A stretch of 60,000 nucleotides of DNA, from contig MU057781.1 in assembly GCA_013265495.1 (NCBI GenBank), positions 1,180,001 to 1,240,000 on the forward strand. The letters are read 5' to 3'. Positions 1-13,089 of the stretch are shown in pieces (the stretch's first letter is position 1; every line of letters starts with the position of its first letter). The notes beneath the pieces are model-generated. The model saw nothing but the letters and a program-made list of their open reading frames with translations. It searched no databases and was not told the origin of the DNA. Made by a program: the position numbers and the translations under genes. This DNA comes from Vicugna vicugna. Taxonomy: Eukaryota.

Positions 1-2450
1 TACTTGTTTTGCCTCTGATTTTGAAAGGTATCTGCTCTGCGTGCACATTTCTAGGTTGACGGTTTTTTAATGCTAGTATTTCAAGAATGTTGATCTTATG
101 TCTTTTGGTTTGTATGGTTTTCAGCGAAAGGTCTGCTGTCATTCTTTGTTCCCCAGTAATGTAATCTCCCTCCTCTAAAGATCATCAAATTTAGAATTTT
201 GAGCCATTCTTTCTTTTTTTTAAAACATTTTTTTCCTTTTTTTAAGTTATACATTTATCATTTCTCATGCAGGCACTGGGGATTGAGCCCAGGACCTTGT
301 GTACGCTAAACACACTCCCTACCACTGAGCTCCCTTGAGACATTATTTCCTAAAATATTCTTTCTGCTCCCTCCTTTCTCCTCTCTCCTTCAGGGACTCC
401 AATGACACGTATATTAGTCTGCTTGAAGCTGTCCCCAGCTCACTGAAGCTCTGTATACTCCTAGTGTTTCTCCATTGTCTAATTTTGGAGTTTGTAAATG
501 GCTGATTTTTTTTTCTGAAATGTCTACTCTGCTTTATTTTTATGTAAAAATTTTAATTGAGGTATAATTGACAAAAAAGTGTAAATCTGAAGTGTAAATG
601 TGTGAAGTATACACATCGTGAAACGGTTCCCATAATCAAACACATTAATACCATCACCCCACATTGTGCCTGCTTCTTCCTTCTGGTGAGAATGTTTAAG
701 ATCTGCTGTCTTACCAAATTTCAAGTACATGACCCTGTACTATTAACCACAGTCACCAAACTGTACATTAGCTCCTCAGAACCTACTCATCTTAAAACCA
801 AAAGTTTATGACTTCTGATCAACCTCTCCCCACTCCCTGCGCCCTCTGGCCCTGGCGGCCACCACTGTTCTGCTCTGTTTCTCTCTCTGGCTTCTTTCAC
901 TGAGCATAATGCTTTCCATATTCATTCATGTTGTTGCCAAGAGCAAAGTGTCCCTCTTTCTCATGGCTGAACACCACTGTCTTTCGAGGCAGTGGGTGTC
1001 TCCTTGGCTGGGTAGAAGCTTTCTAGTTTGGTGTAGTCCTACTTGTTTGTTTTTGCTTTTGTTGTCATATTCAAAAAATCATCGCCCAGACCACTGTCAG
1101 TAAGCTTTTCCCCTATGTGTTCTTCCAGGAGTTTTGCGGTTTCAGGTCGTAGAGTCTTAATCCACTGCAAGTCAACGTCTGTGAGTAGCGCAGAGGAGGG
1201 GTGCAGTTTCATCCACCTGCACGTGGATGTTAGTCTTCCCAGACGCATCCCTTCTTCTGCTTGGTCAAGTCGGCTAATGATGCTTTGTTGCATTTTTCAT
1301 TTTGTTCACTGTATTCTTCACCCCCAGAATTTCTACTTGGTTCTTTTTTATTATTTATTTCTCTGTTAGCTTTCTCATTCTGTTCACATTTGGTTTCCTG
1401 ATTTCATAGAGCTGTGTATCTGTGTTATCTTGTAGCTCACTGAGCTTCCTTAAAGCAATTACGTGGAATTCTTTGGCAAGATCTCCATTTCTTTGGAGTA
1501 GCTTACGAAAACTTGTGCTCCTTTGGTGGTGTCATGTTTCCTCGAGTTTTTGTGTTTCTTGTGCTGATGTCTGTGTATCTGATGAAGCAGCCACCTCTTC
1601 CGGTCTGGTTTCAGTGGGGAAGACCTTCCCCTGTGGGTGGGTGCCAGGGTGCCAGCTGGGTGGGGTGTGGCAGCTGTGGCCCTAGGCAGGGGTTTGGGCT
1701 CAGTCTCCATGCAGCTCCATCAGTGGAGGTCTTCATTAGCCGAGATCGCGGGGCTCCTCAACAGCCAAGGCTGGTTTCTGTAGCGGTAGCGAGGTCTGCT
1801 GGGACCTCTGGTCCAGATGAAGGCTGCTGGGCCTCGTGATCACCCCCTCCCACGGGTATGTCACGGCCGTGGGGATCTCTCCTGGCATAAAGCAAGCCTG
1901 CGGGCACCTGAGCCCTGGCGTCTGAAGCGCAGGCAGTCATGGAGCAGCCGCAGGGCCGAGGAGCTGGGTGTGGGCGCTTGCAGAGCAACAGCAGCTGTGG
2001 GATCCTGGGCGCCGGCTGGCACAGTGGGATGCAGAGTGTGACATGGGTGTGTGCCAAGAGGACACAAGGGCAGGGTCTAGGCCTGCTCTTCTTTGAATTC
2101 CACCCAGGGACCATCTCAGCCCCGTGCGGCCTCTGAAGGTTGTCCCTCGTGTTCTTCCAGGCGGTCCCGCTCACGTGGCGCAGTTCAGGCCTGCCGGGGC
2201 CTCTTCCCCGTGAGCTGCGGCTGCCCTGCACGCCCGGCTCCCAGCTCTGCCCCGAGTTCAGGCAGAGCAGCAGGCCCCCCGCGCCTTCCTGTCTGCTGAG
2301 TCCGCACGCTCTCCTAGCAGTAAGCTGGGTGTCGCACCCGACTTGTTCCCTACTTCTCGGTTTTCACTTTCCATCACTATCTGTTGTTCAGTGTCTTGAA
2401 AAGTATCGTTTCATGCATTTTGTTTGTTTTCCGGTCATCCCAGGCTTGAG
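1..2450 (-). mobile_element. Old L1 fragments (ORF1/5' region, with a nested L1M 3' end at ~535-1230)
   Basis: T-rich antisense L1 motifs such as aattgaggtataattgaca... and gtccttct/tcactgagcttccttaa. ORF 1039-1293 has the L1-like KLHP...IKTLRPETAKLLEEHIGEKL...GLGDDFLNMT. Boundaries approximate. Confidence 0.7.
214..334 (-). mobile_element. Camelid tRNA-derived SINE (Vic-1-like)
   Basis: ggcactggggattgagcccaggacc...accactgagctccc (reverse B/A boxes) with a T-rich tail; imperfect TSD ttgagccattctttc (199-213) / ttgagacattatttc (335-349). Confidence 0.75.
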
Positions 2451-4358
2451 GGTGAACGTGGTCCCTTCTACTCTCGGCCAGGAGCACACGTCCATTTACC
2501 TTCTCACTGCGCCACTTTCATATTATCCCCCGCTTTGAGAAAAGGGTCACTTATTTCTGAACGAGCATATTTCACTCCATGTTTGCTTTTGCTTTATTTT
2601 TGTTCAGCATTCCAGATATTACCAGTCAGTGTTGGAAACCTAACTCTGCCTCACGGGCATTTTTTTTCCTGATTACACCTCTTCCTTCTGGATTGATGTC
2701 TCTCCACACTGATCCACTGGGAGTGACTGGCCCTTGGACTTCCCCACCATGTGGCCATCAGGCAGGGACACTCGACAAGGAGACAGCTGGCAAACCCTGA
2801 ACCCCTAGGCACAGCCACTTTGAAGGGACTGTGATGACCTTAACGTGCCCATTCTGTTCAACACATACTTGCTGAGCACCGCGCCAGGCAGTGGGGCCAT
2901 GACAGTGACAGACCAGACGGTCTCTCCTAGGAGAACCAACAGTAAACAAGCAGAACAACATTATCAGCCGTAAAGAAAGAGGGTCAAGACGTGGCCATAA
3001 AGGGGGTCAAGACGTGGTCATTAACTAGCAACCGGCCAGGAAGATACATTTCACCAGGAACAATTCCAAACCCAGAAGAAGCAAGGTACGAGAAGAAATG
3101 GCAGATGTGCGGAGTAAGACCTGGGATAGCCATGCCTGTAGAGAGACTGGGAACACTTCTCACAGAAATCAACAGAGCGACACAAAACTGAGTGAGGACG
3201 TAAAAACCTGAACCAAGAGACACTGAAGTGCCATTTAACGAATACACACAGAACCCTTCACTTCAAAGATAAAAACGTCCTCTTCAAGTATGCACAGAAT
3301 GTTTCCAGAATCTAAGACCGGTAAATACTGACTGGATCAGGATGGACCAGCGAGGGAGGTGAGCTCAGAGGTGCAGCTCACTGAACTCTCTGCATTCGAG
3401 TTTAAAAAGCTTCAGTGAAAAACAACTGGAGCTAGCTGCTTCCACAGACACCAAAGACAGGCTATCCCAGCGCCAGACCATGACACCAGGGTGGGCAGCG
3501 AGGCCAGGGCGACGTGACACCAGCCGCAGGAGGTCATTTCCTGTGGGTGGCCCCAGGGGAGGTGACATCTGAGCTGGGGCCGGAGGCTGGGCAGGGACCC
3601 GTGGGGTGAAGAGCCGGGGGTGTGTCCTTAACACCAGGCTGGTGGGAGCCCCAGGCCTCTGCGCAAGCCTCCTTCGGGGGCCCGCAGGCGGCTGCGATGG
3701 GGGGTCACCGGGCAACATGCAAAGCTGCATCTCCTACAGCGACCAGGGGAGGAGGTCTCGTCACCGCTGCCGTTTTTAGAGGGAAAACTGGGCTCCGAGG
3801 GCCATCGCCCAGCTGGGCAGCAGCGGAGGCAGCTGGGACTCCCATGCAAGTCTGGGCCACAGGGTCAGGGAACCAGAAGCGGGGAAGGGCTCCACGAAGC
3901 GCTCCCCAGCCTGTGCGCACCGTCCGCTCCCCGGGCCAGGGCTGCCCGGGCCCAGAGCCTGCCGGAGCAGCCCGACCACGGCCCAGCCAGCCGCTCCCGC
4001 CCCACCGCTGGCTGTGCGGGGCCGCGCTGTGGGCCCCGGAGCGGCAGGGGTGGCGAACGCGCCACCTCCCAGCCACGGCGTCCGTCCCACGCCGTGTCCC
4101 GCGTCCCGAACGCTCACGTGCTCCTGGAGACTCTGGGTGGGAATACAAAGTCCCTTTGGAGGGCAGCACTGTGACGTGTGCTGAACACCTTAGAAGTGAG
4201 GATTCCCGAGGAATCCTGCCTGTGAGCTCCCCGCAGGGGCCAAGGCGGGGAGGGGCCCTACCAGCAGCAGCAGCACGGGCCAGGCCCGCGGTGAGGGCTC
4301 CCGGCGCCCTGCCCCTTGGCCCAGGCCGCAGCGAGCAGGCGAGGCGCCTCCACAGTCA

Positions 4359-4496
<138 letters not shown>

Positions 4497-5715
4497 TCAA
4501 CGGTGTGATAAGAAGCATCTCCCGGTCAGAAAAAGCGTCCAGCCGCCCCTCGGGCAGAGGCAGGAGCCGCCAGGCCGTCCTCCACCCCCAGCCGACACAG
4601 GACTGCGGGGAAGCCCCGACCTCGGGCCGGTGCAGGGGCGGGGGGGTGCCAGGAGCCGAAGCGGCACCGAGGGACCAGCCCTGCATCTCGCGACCTGACG
4701 CCGGCGCCTCCTTCCCCACGACAACCGCGGTCACCAGCCGGGCCTTAGTGGAATCAAGTCTGACACCAACACCTGTTCAGAAGTGAGAGGGCCCGTGACG
4801 CCGAAGGAACTTTGCAGAAGAACGGAGTCGGAGCACAAACTGCCGGACTCCAGGGCTTAACACAGAACCACAGAACCCAAGGCCCTGATGGGAGGCTGGC
4901 CGGGCTCCTCAGCCTGGGCACGCTGACGACCTGGAGGAGGCCATTCTGCGCAGGGTGGGCAGACCCACAAGCGCCAACAGTGGCCCCGGACACGCCAGCC
5001 TCTCCAGGGGGCAAGCTGTCGCCTCCCTGCCCTTTCCCAGGTGGGGGTCTGGTCTCACTGGGGCAGAACCACACTGACCGCATATTGTCAGCTCTTCTTA
5101 GGCATGCAGCCCTGCCCCGCCCCCTCTGGGTGACTGAGTTGTTTAAAAACTCCGCAAAAGAAATGACTGGGAAATTAATGGAAGGAAACAAAACTGCAAA
5201 AAAACATTCCACATCACCTGCAGGCGGAGGACTCCGGCAGAATGAGGTGGCAGGACACACGGCCTGCTGTGTGCTTAGCTGGCTCAGGCCACACAGGTCT
5301 GTCCCCAGAGTCACTTCTGGAACCCCAGCCGGGGCTGCTGGAGATGGAGGCCCGCGCGGCCTGCTCCCAGTTAGAACAGGTCAGAGACTCTGAAGGCAGA
5401 ACTGAGGCTCCGCCCAGGACAGCACACCTGCCCACACGCGCCGTCTGTGTGTGTCCTGCACCCGGAGCGCTGTGACCCACCCGTGACCCCCCTCCCCCAC
5501 CACCTGGAAACCCTGTTAGGAGCCTAGTTGTACGATATTTCATGATGCAGGAAGACGTCCACAGTGTTTGTGGAAAAAGCAGGTTAAAAACTGTGATAAT
5601 AATTTTGAAAATACATGTTGATGTCATTTTTCAAACTTTCTACAATAAGTACATACTACATTTGAAAGGAGAAAAAATGATAAAAGTCATTTAAAAAATA
5701 TGTATATGTGCAACC

Positions 5716-6118
5716 CCTGGTCCACGAAATCCGCATGGAGGAACCCCAGGTGACATAACAGTCAAACATGAGAGATCTTCACATATCCCTGTCACCACCT
5801 CAAGTCCCGTGACCTTGCGTCCTGGTGTCACAGTCCATGCCACCCCTCCCCTCTGCTGACTCACTTCTACCCAACAGGAGGCCACCCCCCTGACCAGTCC
5901 ACAAACAGCTCTGACTCCCCCGAGCCAGTGCCTTGTAGGCTCAGGTAAGTAAGCTGATACCACCCTGGCCCAGCCTCGGAGAGACCACAGCCTGTGACAC
6001 CTTGGTGGCCGCCGTGCCAGATGCCTACCTCAGGGACACAGCGACATAATCGACACGTGCTGCTTTAAGCCACTCCGTCTGTGGAAACCCCCCCAGTAGC
6101 GAAGATCATTAACACACA
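5716..6118 (+). mobile_element. MaLR (MLT1-like) LTR
   Basis: 3' end motif tgctttaagccact...tgtgg...taacaca typical of MLT1. Confidence 0.5.
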
Positions 6119-6121
6119 CCC

Positions 6122-6540
6122 TGTGCAGGTGTCCTGGGGCCGCTGGGACAAGTGACCGCAAACTGGGTGGCTCAAGTAACAAATCTAGAGGCCAGGAGCC
6201 TGAATCAGGGAGGGCAGGGCTGCGTGGAGAGGAGGACACGCCTGTCTCATCCAGCTTCCGGTGTGGCCAGCGTCCCTGAGTCCCTGCCAGGCAGCTATGC
6301 CCTCCAGTCTCTGCCTCCATCACCACGTGGTCTTCACCCCCACGAGTTTCTGTGTTCCAGATTCCCACCTTTCTTTAAGGACAGAAGTCGCTGGAGAGGG
6401 GCCCCCCGAATCTTGTCTGACTGCATTAACTAATTACACCTGCATCGGCACAGGCCCTGTTTCCAAGTAAGGCCACGCTCACAGGCATGAGGGAGTTAGG
6501 CTGAGCATGTCTTTTGGGGGACCAAATCCAGCCCACAATA
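6122..6540 (-). mobile_element. MaLR (MLT1-like) LTR
   Basis: caaactgggtggctcaa...ccagcttccggtg...ccctgtttccaagtaaggccac...cagcccacaata matches an MLT1A-C-type LTR. Confidence 0.75.
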
Positions 6541-7304
6541 CCCCCAAATCAACTATCAAATGACAAACTGAAAAAATATCCAGAACAATTGTTATAGGCA
6601 AAGGGCAGAGGTGCTCCATTCGCTAGGAGCACGGAGAAGCCGATGAGGAAATCATTGCAAACTCAGAGGAACAAGGTCCCAGGGAGGCGGTTCAGCAGCC
6701 CCAGACAGGGCTGAACAGCACGCTCACTGGCGACGGAGGCTCGCAGATGAGACCAAAGCAGTGAGGCCATTTCAGCCACCACAGCAACAGGTTTTTCTTC
6801 CATTCTCTTGAATAAATGCTCATGAAAAAGGGAGAAACAGCTGCTGGCTGGGAAGCAAAGCCGCCACCTTGTGGGGGTGAACATTCTGGATCTTTCTGGT
6901 GCCTCTGGCTCAGCCACCAGCGCCTGGGAATCTGACCCAGGACAGAGGATTCAGGGATGCAGAGAACCAAAAAAATGAGCGCTCAGGGAACGTTTGTTCT
7001 CACACCTGCGGAAACGCATCTATCCCGAAAGCAGTAAGATGTCGTAATAACTGAAAAGTACTCGTGGTTAGAAGTCAAATCTGACTTCTCAGAGTGTGGC
7101 GTGAAGCCGACCTCCCACGGGCTGCAGACGGTGCAAACCTCAGCACAAAAGTGACCAGAGGGAAACACACCAAAACGGCCACGACGGCCGCCCCTCGGCT
7201 GGGTGACTACGGCTGCTGCTTAATTCACTGTCGCATTCTCCTGTAGTTACCAGATTTTGTGCACTGATTACACAATATGAAACTGGAAAACCGTGAACAC
7301 TTAC

Positions 7305-7415
7305 TCTTCCTCTCTGACCGAAGGAGAGCGCTGGTGGTTGTAACAACGTAAACGTGCACAGGCCTCCCTCAGAACTGTGGCGCTGTCTTCAGGTAGGTCA
7401 TTGTTCTCCAGTTTC
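7305..7415 (-). CDS. CFAP46: CFAP46 exon 8 (KLENNDLPEDSATVLREACARLRCYNHQRSPSVREE)
   Basis: Acceptor CCTAG|G, donor GA|GTAAGT; 111 nt. Confidence 0.92.
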
Positions 7416-7754
7416 CTAGGATATAAGTTAGTTTACTCAGACGTAACCAGAAAGTCCTGTCAGATTTAGTCAAACTATCCTAAAAGGAAGCCTCTGAACC
7501 TGCGTGCTCTGAACAGAAGGCCTGAAATAAGTGCCTCCTCCCTCCTCTTCGCCCTTCTCCCACACGCCTTCTTACACCTGCCCTGCTCCCTCAGCCAGGC
7601 CAGCGCGTTCCTCCCCATCACTAAAGAGGAGCACCAGTCCCTGGGCCAGCAGTCCCACACCCAGAGCCACCTGGAACGGAGGCGGGGCCCTTCCCGTCTC
7701 CCGGATCCCCCCAGGCCGGCTCCAGTCTCCCTATGGGGAGCTTCCCGCCCCAGT

Positions 7755-10700
7755 CACACACACACTGGGGTCTCCTCACATACACACCGGGGTCTCCTCA
7801 CACACACACCGGGATCTCCTCACACACACACACTGGGGTCTCCTCACACACACACACAGATCCCCGCGCACCCGCACACACACACAATGGGGTCTTCTCA
7901 CACACACACACCGGGGTCTCCTCACACACACACCGGGATCTCCTCACACACACACACACTGGGGTCTCCTCACACACACACCGGGATCTCCTCACACACA
8001 CACACACTGGGGTCTCCTCACACACACACCGGGATCTCCTCACACACACACACACTGGGGTCTCCTCACACACACACCGGGATCTCCTCACACACACACA
8101 CACTGGGGTCTCCTCACACACACACCGGGATCTCCTCACACACACACACACTGGGGTCTCCTCACACACACACCGGGATCTCCTCACACACACACACACT
8201 GGGGTCTCCTCACACACACACCGGGATCTCCTCACACACACACACACTGGGGTCTCCTCACACACACACCGGGATCTCCTCACACACACACACACTGGGG
8301 TCTCCTCACACACACACCGGGATCTCCTCACACACACACACACTGGGGTCTCCTCACACACACACCGGGATCTCCTCACACACACACACACTGGGGTCTC
8401 CTCACACACACACCGGGATCTCCTCACACACACACACACTGGGGTCTCCTCACACACACACCGGGATCTCCTCACACACACACACACTGGGGTCTCCTCA
8501 CACACACACCGGGATCTCCTCACACACACACACACTGGGGTCTCCTCACACACACACCGGGATCTCCTCACACACACACACACTGGGGTCTCCTCACACA
8601 CACACCGGGATCTCCTCACACACACACACACTGGGGTCTCCTCACACACACACCGGGATCTCCTCACACACACACACACTGGGGTCTCCTCACACACACA
8701 CCGGGATCTCCTCACACACACACACACTGGGGTCTCCTCACACACACACCGGGATCTCCTCACACACACACACACTGGGGTCTCCTCACACACACACCGG
8801 GATCTCCTCACACACACACACACTGGGGTCTCCTCACACACACACCGGGATCTCCTCACACACACACACACTGGGGTCTCCTCACACACACACCGGGATC
8901 TCCTCACACACACACACACTGGGGTCTCCTCACACACACACCGGGATCTCCTCACACACACACACACTGGGGTCTCCTCACACACACACCGGGATCTCCT
9001 CACACACACACACACTGGGGTCTCCTCACACACACACCGGGATCTCCTCACACACACACACACTGGGGTCTCCTCACACACACACCGGGATCTCCTCACA
9101 CACACACACACTGGGGTCTCCTCACACACACACCGGGATCTCCTCACACACACACACACTGGGGTCTCCTCACACACACACCGGGATCTCCTCACACACA
9201 CACACACTGGGGTCTCCTCACACACACACCGGGATCTCCTCACACACACACACACTGGGGTCTCCTCACACACACACCGGGATCTCCTCACACACACACA
9301 CACTGGGGTCTCCTCACACACACACCGGGATCTCCTCACACACACACACACTGGGGTCTCCTCACACACACACCGGGATCTCCTCACACACACACACACT
9401 GGGGTCTCCTCACACACACACAATGGGGTCTCCTCACACACACACACCGGGGTCTCCTCACACATATACACCGGGATCTCCTCACACACACACACACACA
9501 CACACACCGGATCTCCTCACACACACACACTGGGGTCTCCTCACACACACACACAACCAGGGTCTCCTCACACACACACACTGGGGTCTCCTCATACACA
9601 CACACACACACACCGGGGCCTCCTCACACATACACACAGGGATCTCCTCACNNNNNNNNNNNNNNNNNNNNNNNNNNNNNNNNNNNNNNNNNNNNNNNNN
9701 NNNNNNNNNNNNNNNNNNNNNNNNNNNNNNNNNNNNNNNNNNNNNNNNNNNNNNNNNNNNNNNNNNNNNNNNNNNNNNNNNNNNNNNNNNNNNNNNNNNN
9801 NNNNNNNNNNNNNNNNNNNNNNNNNNNNNNNNNNNNNNNNNNNNNNNNNNNNNNNNNNNNNNNNNNNNNNNNNNNNNNNNNNNNNNNNNNNNNNNNNNNN
9901 NNNNNNNNNNNNNNNNNNNNNNNNNNNNNNNNNNNNNNNNNNNNNNNNNNNNNNNNNNNNNNNNNNNNNNNNNNNNNNNNNNNNNNNNNNNNNNNNNNNN
10001 NNNNNNNNNNNNNNNNNNNNNNNNNNNNNNNNNNNNNNNNNNNNNNNNNNNNNNNNNNNNNNNNNNNNNNNNNNNNNNNNNNNNNNNNNNNNNNNNNNNN
10101 NNNNNNNNNNNNNNNNNNNNNNNNNNNNNNNNNNNNNNNNNNNNNNNNNNNNNNNNNNNNNNNNNNNNNNNNNNNNNNNNNNNNNNNNNNNNNNNNNNNN
10201 NNNNNNNNNNNNNNNNNNNNNNNNNNNNNNNNNNNNNNNNNNNNNNNNNNNNNNNNNNNNNNNNNNNNNNNNNNNNNNNNNNNNNNNNNNNNNNNNNNNN
10301 NNNNNNNNNNNNNNNNNNNNNNNNNNNNNNNNNNNNNNNNNNNNNNNNNNNNNNNNNNNNNNNNNNNNNNNNNNNNNNNNNNNNNNNNNNNNNNNNNNNN
10401 NNNNNNNNNNNNNNNNNNNNNNNNNNNNNNNNNNNNNNNNNNNNNNNNNNNNNNNNNNNNNNNNNNNNNNNNNNNNNNNNNNNNNNNNNNNNNNNNNNNN
10501 NNNNNNNNNNNNNNNNNNNNNNNNNNNNNNNNNNNNNNNNNNNNNNNNNNNNNNNNNNNNNNNNNNNNNNNNNNNNNNNNNNNNNNNNNNNNNNNNNNNN
10601 NNNNNNNNNNNNNNNNNNNNNCTCCTCACACACACACACACTGGGGTCTCCTCACACACACACACACACACACTGTGGTCTCCTCACACACACACACACT

Positions 10701-10802
10701 GGGGTCTCCTCACACACACACCGGGATCTCCTCACACACACACACACTGGGGTCTCCTCAGACACACACCAGCTTCTTCTCACACACACACCGGGATCTC
10801 CA
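7755..10802. repeat. Compound minisatellite, 48-bp unit (ggggtctcct(ca)5c + cgggatctcct(ca)7ct), interrupted by a 970-N gap
   Basis: Exact 240-bp (5x48) line periodicity from ~7913 to 9420, about 31 perfect units. Degenerate units at both edges and after the gap. Confidence 0.97.
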
Positions 10803-11207
10803 CCATTCTAATTCCCTGTTGCTGCTGCAGCTGGTCTTTGCTCATGTATAATCCTCTCTCCCGCTCACTCTCACCCCGTCCTGTCAGGGTTTTACCCACA
10901 AATGACTTTCTTTTCCCTTAATCTCGTGGTCATATCCCGTGCCGCGTCTGGCAGGGCCGTCTCTCCCCTCCTAGCAGCCACTTTCCGCACTGGCTTTGAA
11001 GCTGCGCTCCCTGGTTGGCGGTCTCCCTGGAGCCTCTTATAAAGGGGGGCCCGGCCGAGTCCACCCCACAGCCTCCCCCCGGTGGCGGCACACGCACCCA
11101 TCGCCCTCGCCAGCCTGGCCACGACCACGGCACCGGGAGAGGACGCTGGGGACACGGAGACTCAGTCAGCACCTGTAACCTAACTCCCGCCCCTCCCGGG
11201 CCACTCA

Positions 11208-11330
<123 letters not shown>

Positions 11331-11557
11331 TCAGATTTAATTTAAGCAAATAATTAGGTAGAGACTGGATACTTTTTGGCTACTATTTTACAAATATTCC
11401 TCCTTTAAAAATAGTGCTTGTAATTAACAAGTTTCTTCTCATTGATTATGCTCCACGTTTAGTTCTTTCATAGATAATTTTAGTTGCTTTCCTAAACATA
11501 AAATTACTAGATGATGAATGCTCTCCATACATGCTGTTGTGATTATTTTATAAATTA

Positions 11558-11935
<378 letters not shown>

Positions 11936-11975
11936 TCACTTTCTGCTGCAAATGTCTAATAACCAGGTTATTATA

Positions 11976-12147
11976 CTTTTTTTTTAAGTTTTTATATTTT
12001 TTAGTTTTTTTATTTTTAGGTTTTTTGAGGGGGGGTAATTAGGTTTATTTATTTAACTACTTTTTTAATGGAGGTACTGGGGATTGAACCCAGGACCTCG
12101 TGCATGTCAAGCATATGCTCCACCACTGAGCTCCACCCTCCTCCTCC
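11976..12147 (-). mobile_element. Camelid tRNA-derived SINE (Vic-1-like)
   Basis: gggggtaattaggtttattt...ggaggtactggggattgaacccaggacctcgtgcatg...accactgagct with a poly-T tail. Confidence 0.85.
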
Positions 12148-12861
12148 ATAGTTTCATTATTTTTATGTTTTAGAATCTTCAGCAGGGATCGGCTCACAGG
12201 GTCAGGCAGGTGGCGACCGGGGAAGCCACACTCCTGCCAGAGAAGGGAAAGGGGCTGGCTGCACGGTCCTCACCGAGGACATTAAACAACGACCTTGTAA
12301 AGAAAGATCATATTACTTATTTTCTATTCAAGTCTCCCAGGCGGCCAGAAAGCAGGTAAGGAAAGCCTGAAGGTTCTGGGTCCTCATCACAGCGTTCATG
12401 GGGTCACCGGCCACACACAGCGCTGCCCAAACATGGGGCAAGCCTGACCGGTGCCTTTTGGTCAGCGCACTGGCACGGGGACCCCTGCTGCCACCACTCG
12501 CTGTGGCTGCACAGGTCGGGCCGTCCCTGGGGTGAGGCCTGAAGTTGGGTCACCTGGACATGCCCGCCTTCTGGCTGAGCCATACACCTGCTGCTAAAAT
12601 GTCTATGCCTTCGACAATTTAATGAAATTTTCAAAACCAAGAACCAGGACTACAACACAGGCTCCCCACCATGTTCTGATTAGAAGCGTGTCCTGTGCCA
12701 AGGCCCGTCTCGTGGGGGCGCCGTGATGTCATCTGCAGAGTTTAGAGACATCTGTGCACAAGATGCACACAGCCTGATTCCAACCCCAGAGCAGAAAGCA
12801 AGGCGCGAGCCCAGGGGAGCGGGGAGGGTGGGTCAGCGTCCGCGAGGGGCGTGGGGACTCA

Positions 12862-13089
<228 letters not shown>

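Noticed and set aside
3365..3450. Minus-strand peptide LKLFKLECREFSELHL considered as CFAP46 exon 10
   Set aside because: It does not match the expected continuation (recalled as DPGKLIEMECLEC), ends in a stop codon and lies among L1-like sequence. Exon 10 is presumably outside the window.
7755..9650. CRISPR-like repeat-spacer appearance
   Set aside because: The 'spacers' are invariant (CA)n tracts, the context is mammalian, and there are no cas genes.
7531..10921. Very long His/Thr-rich (+) and Cys/Val-rich (-) ORFs of 570-1100 aa
   Set aside because: They arise from a stop-free 48-bp repeat (a multiple of 3) plus N gaps inside a CFAP46 intron; there is no gene structure.
11030..11050. TATAAA box in GC-rich intron 7
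   Set aside because: An isolated hexamer with no other support for a promoter.
12069..12147. tRNA-like A/B box sequence
   Set aside because: It is the head of a SINE with an AT-rich tail, not a tRNA gene.
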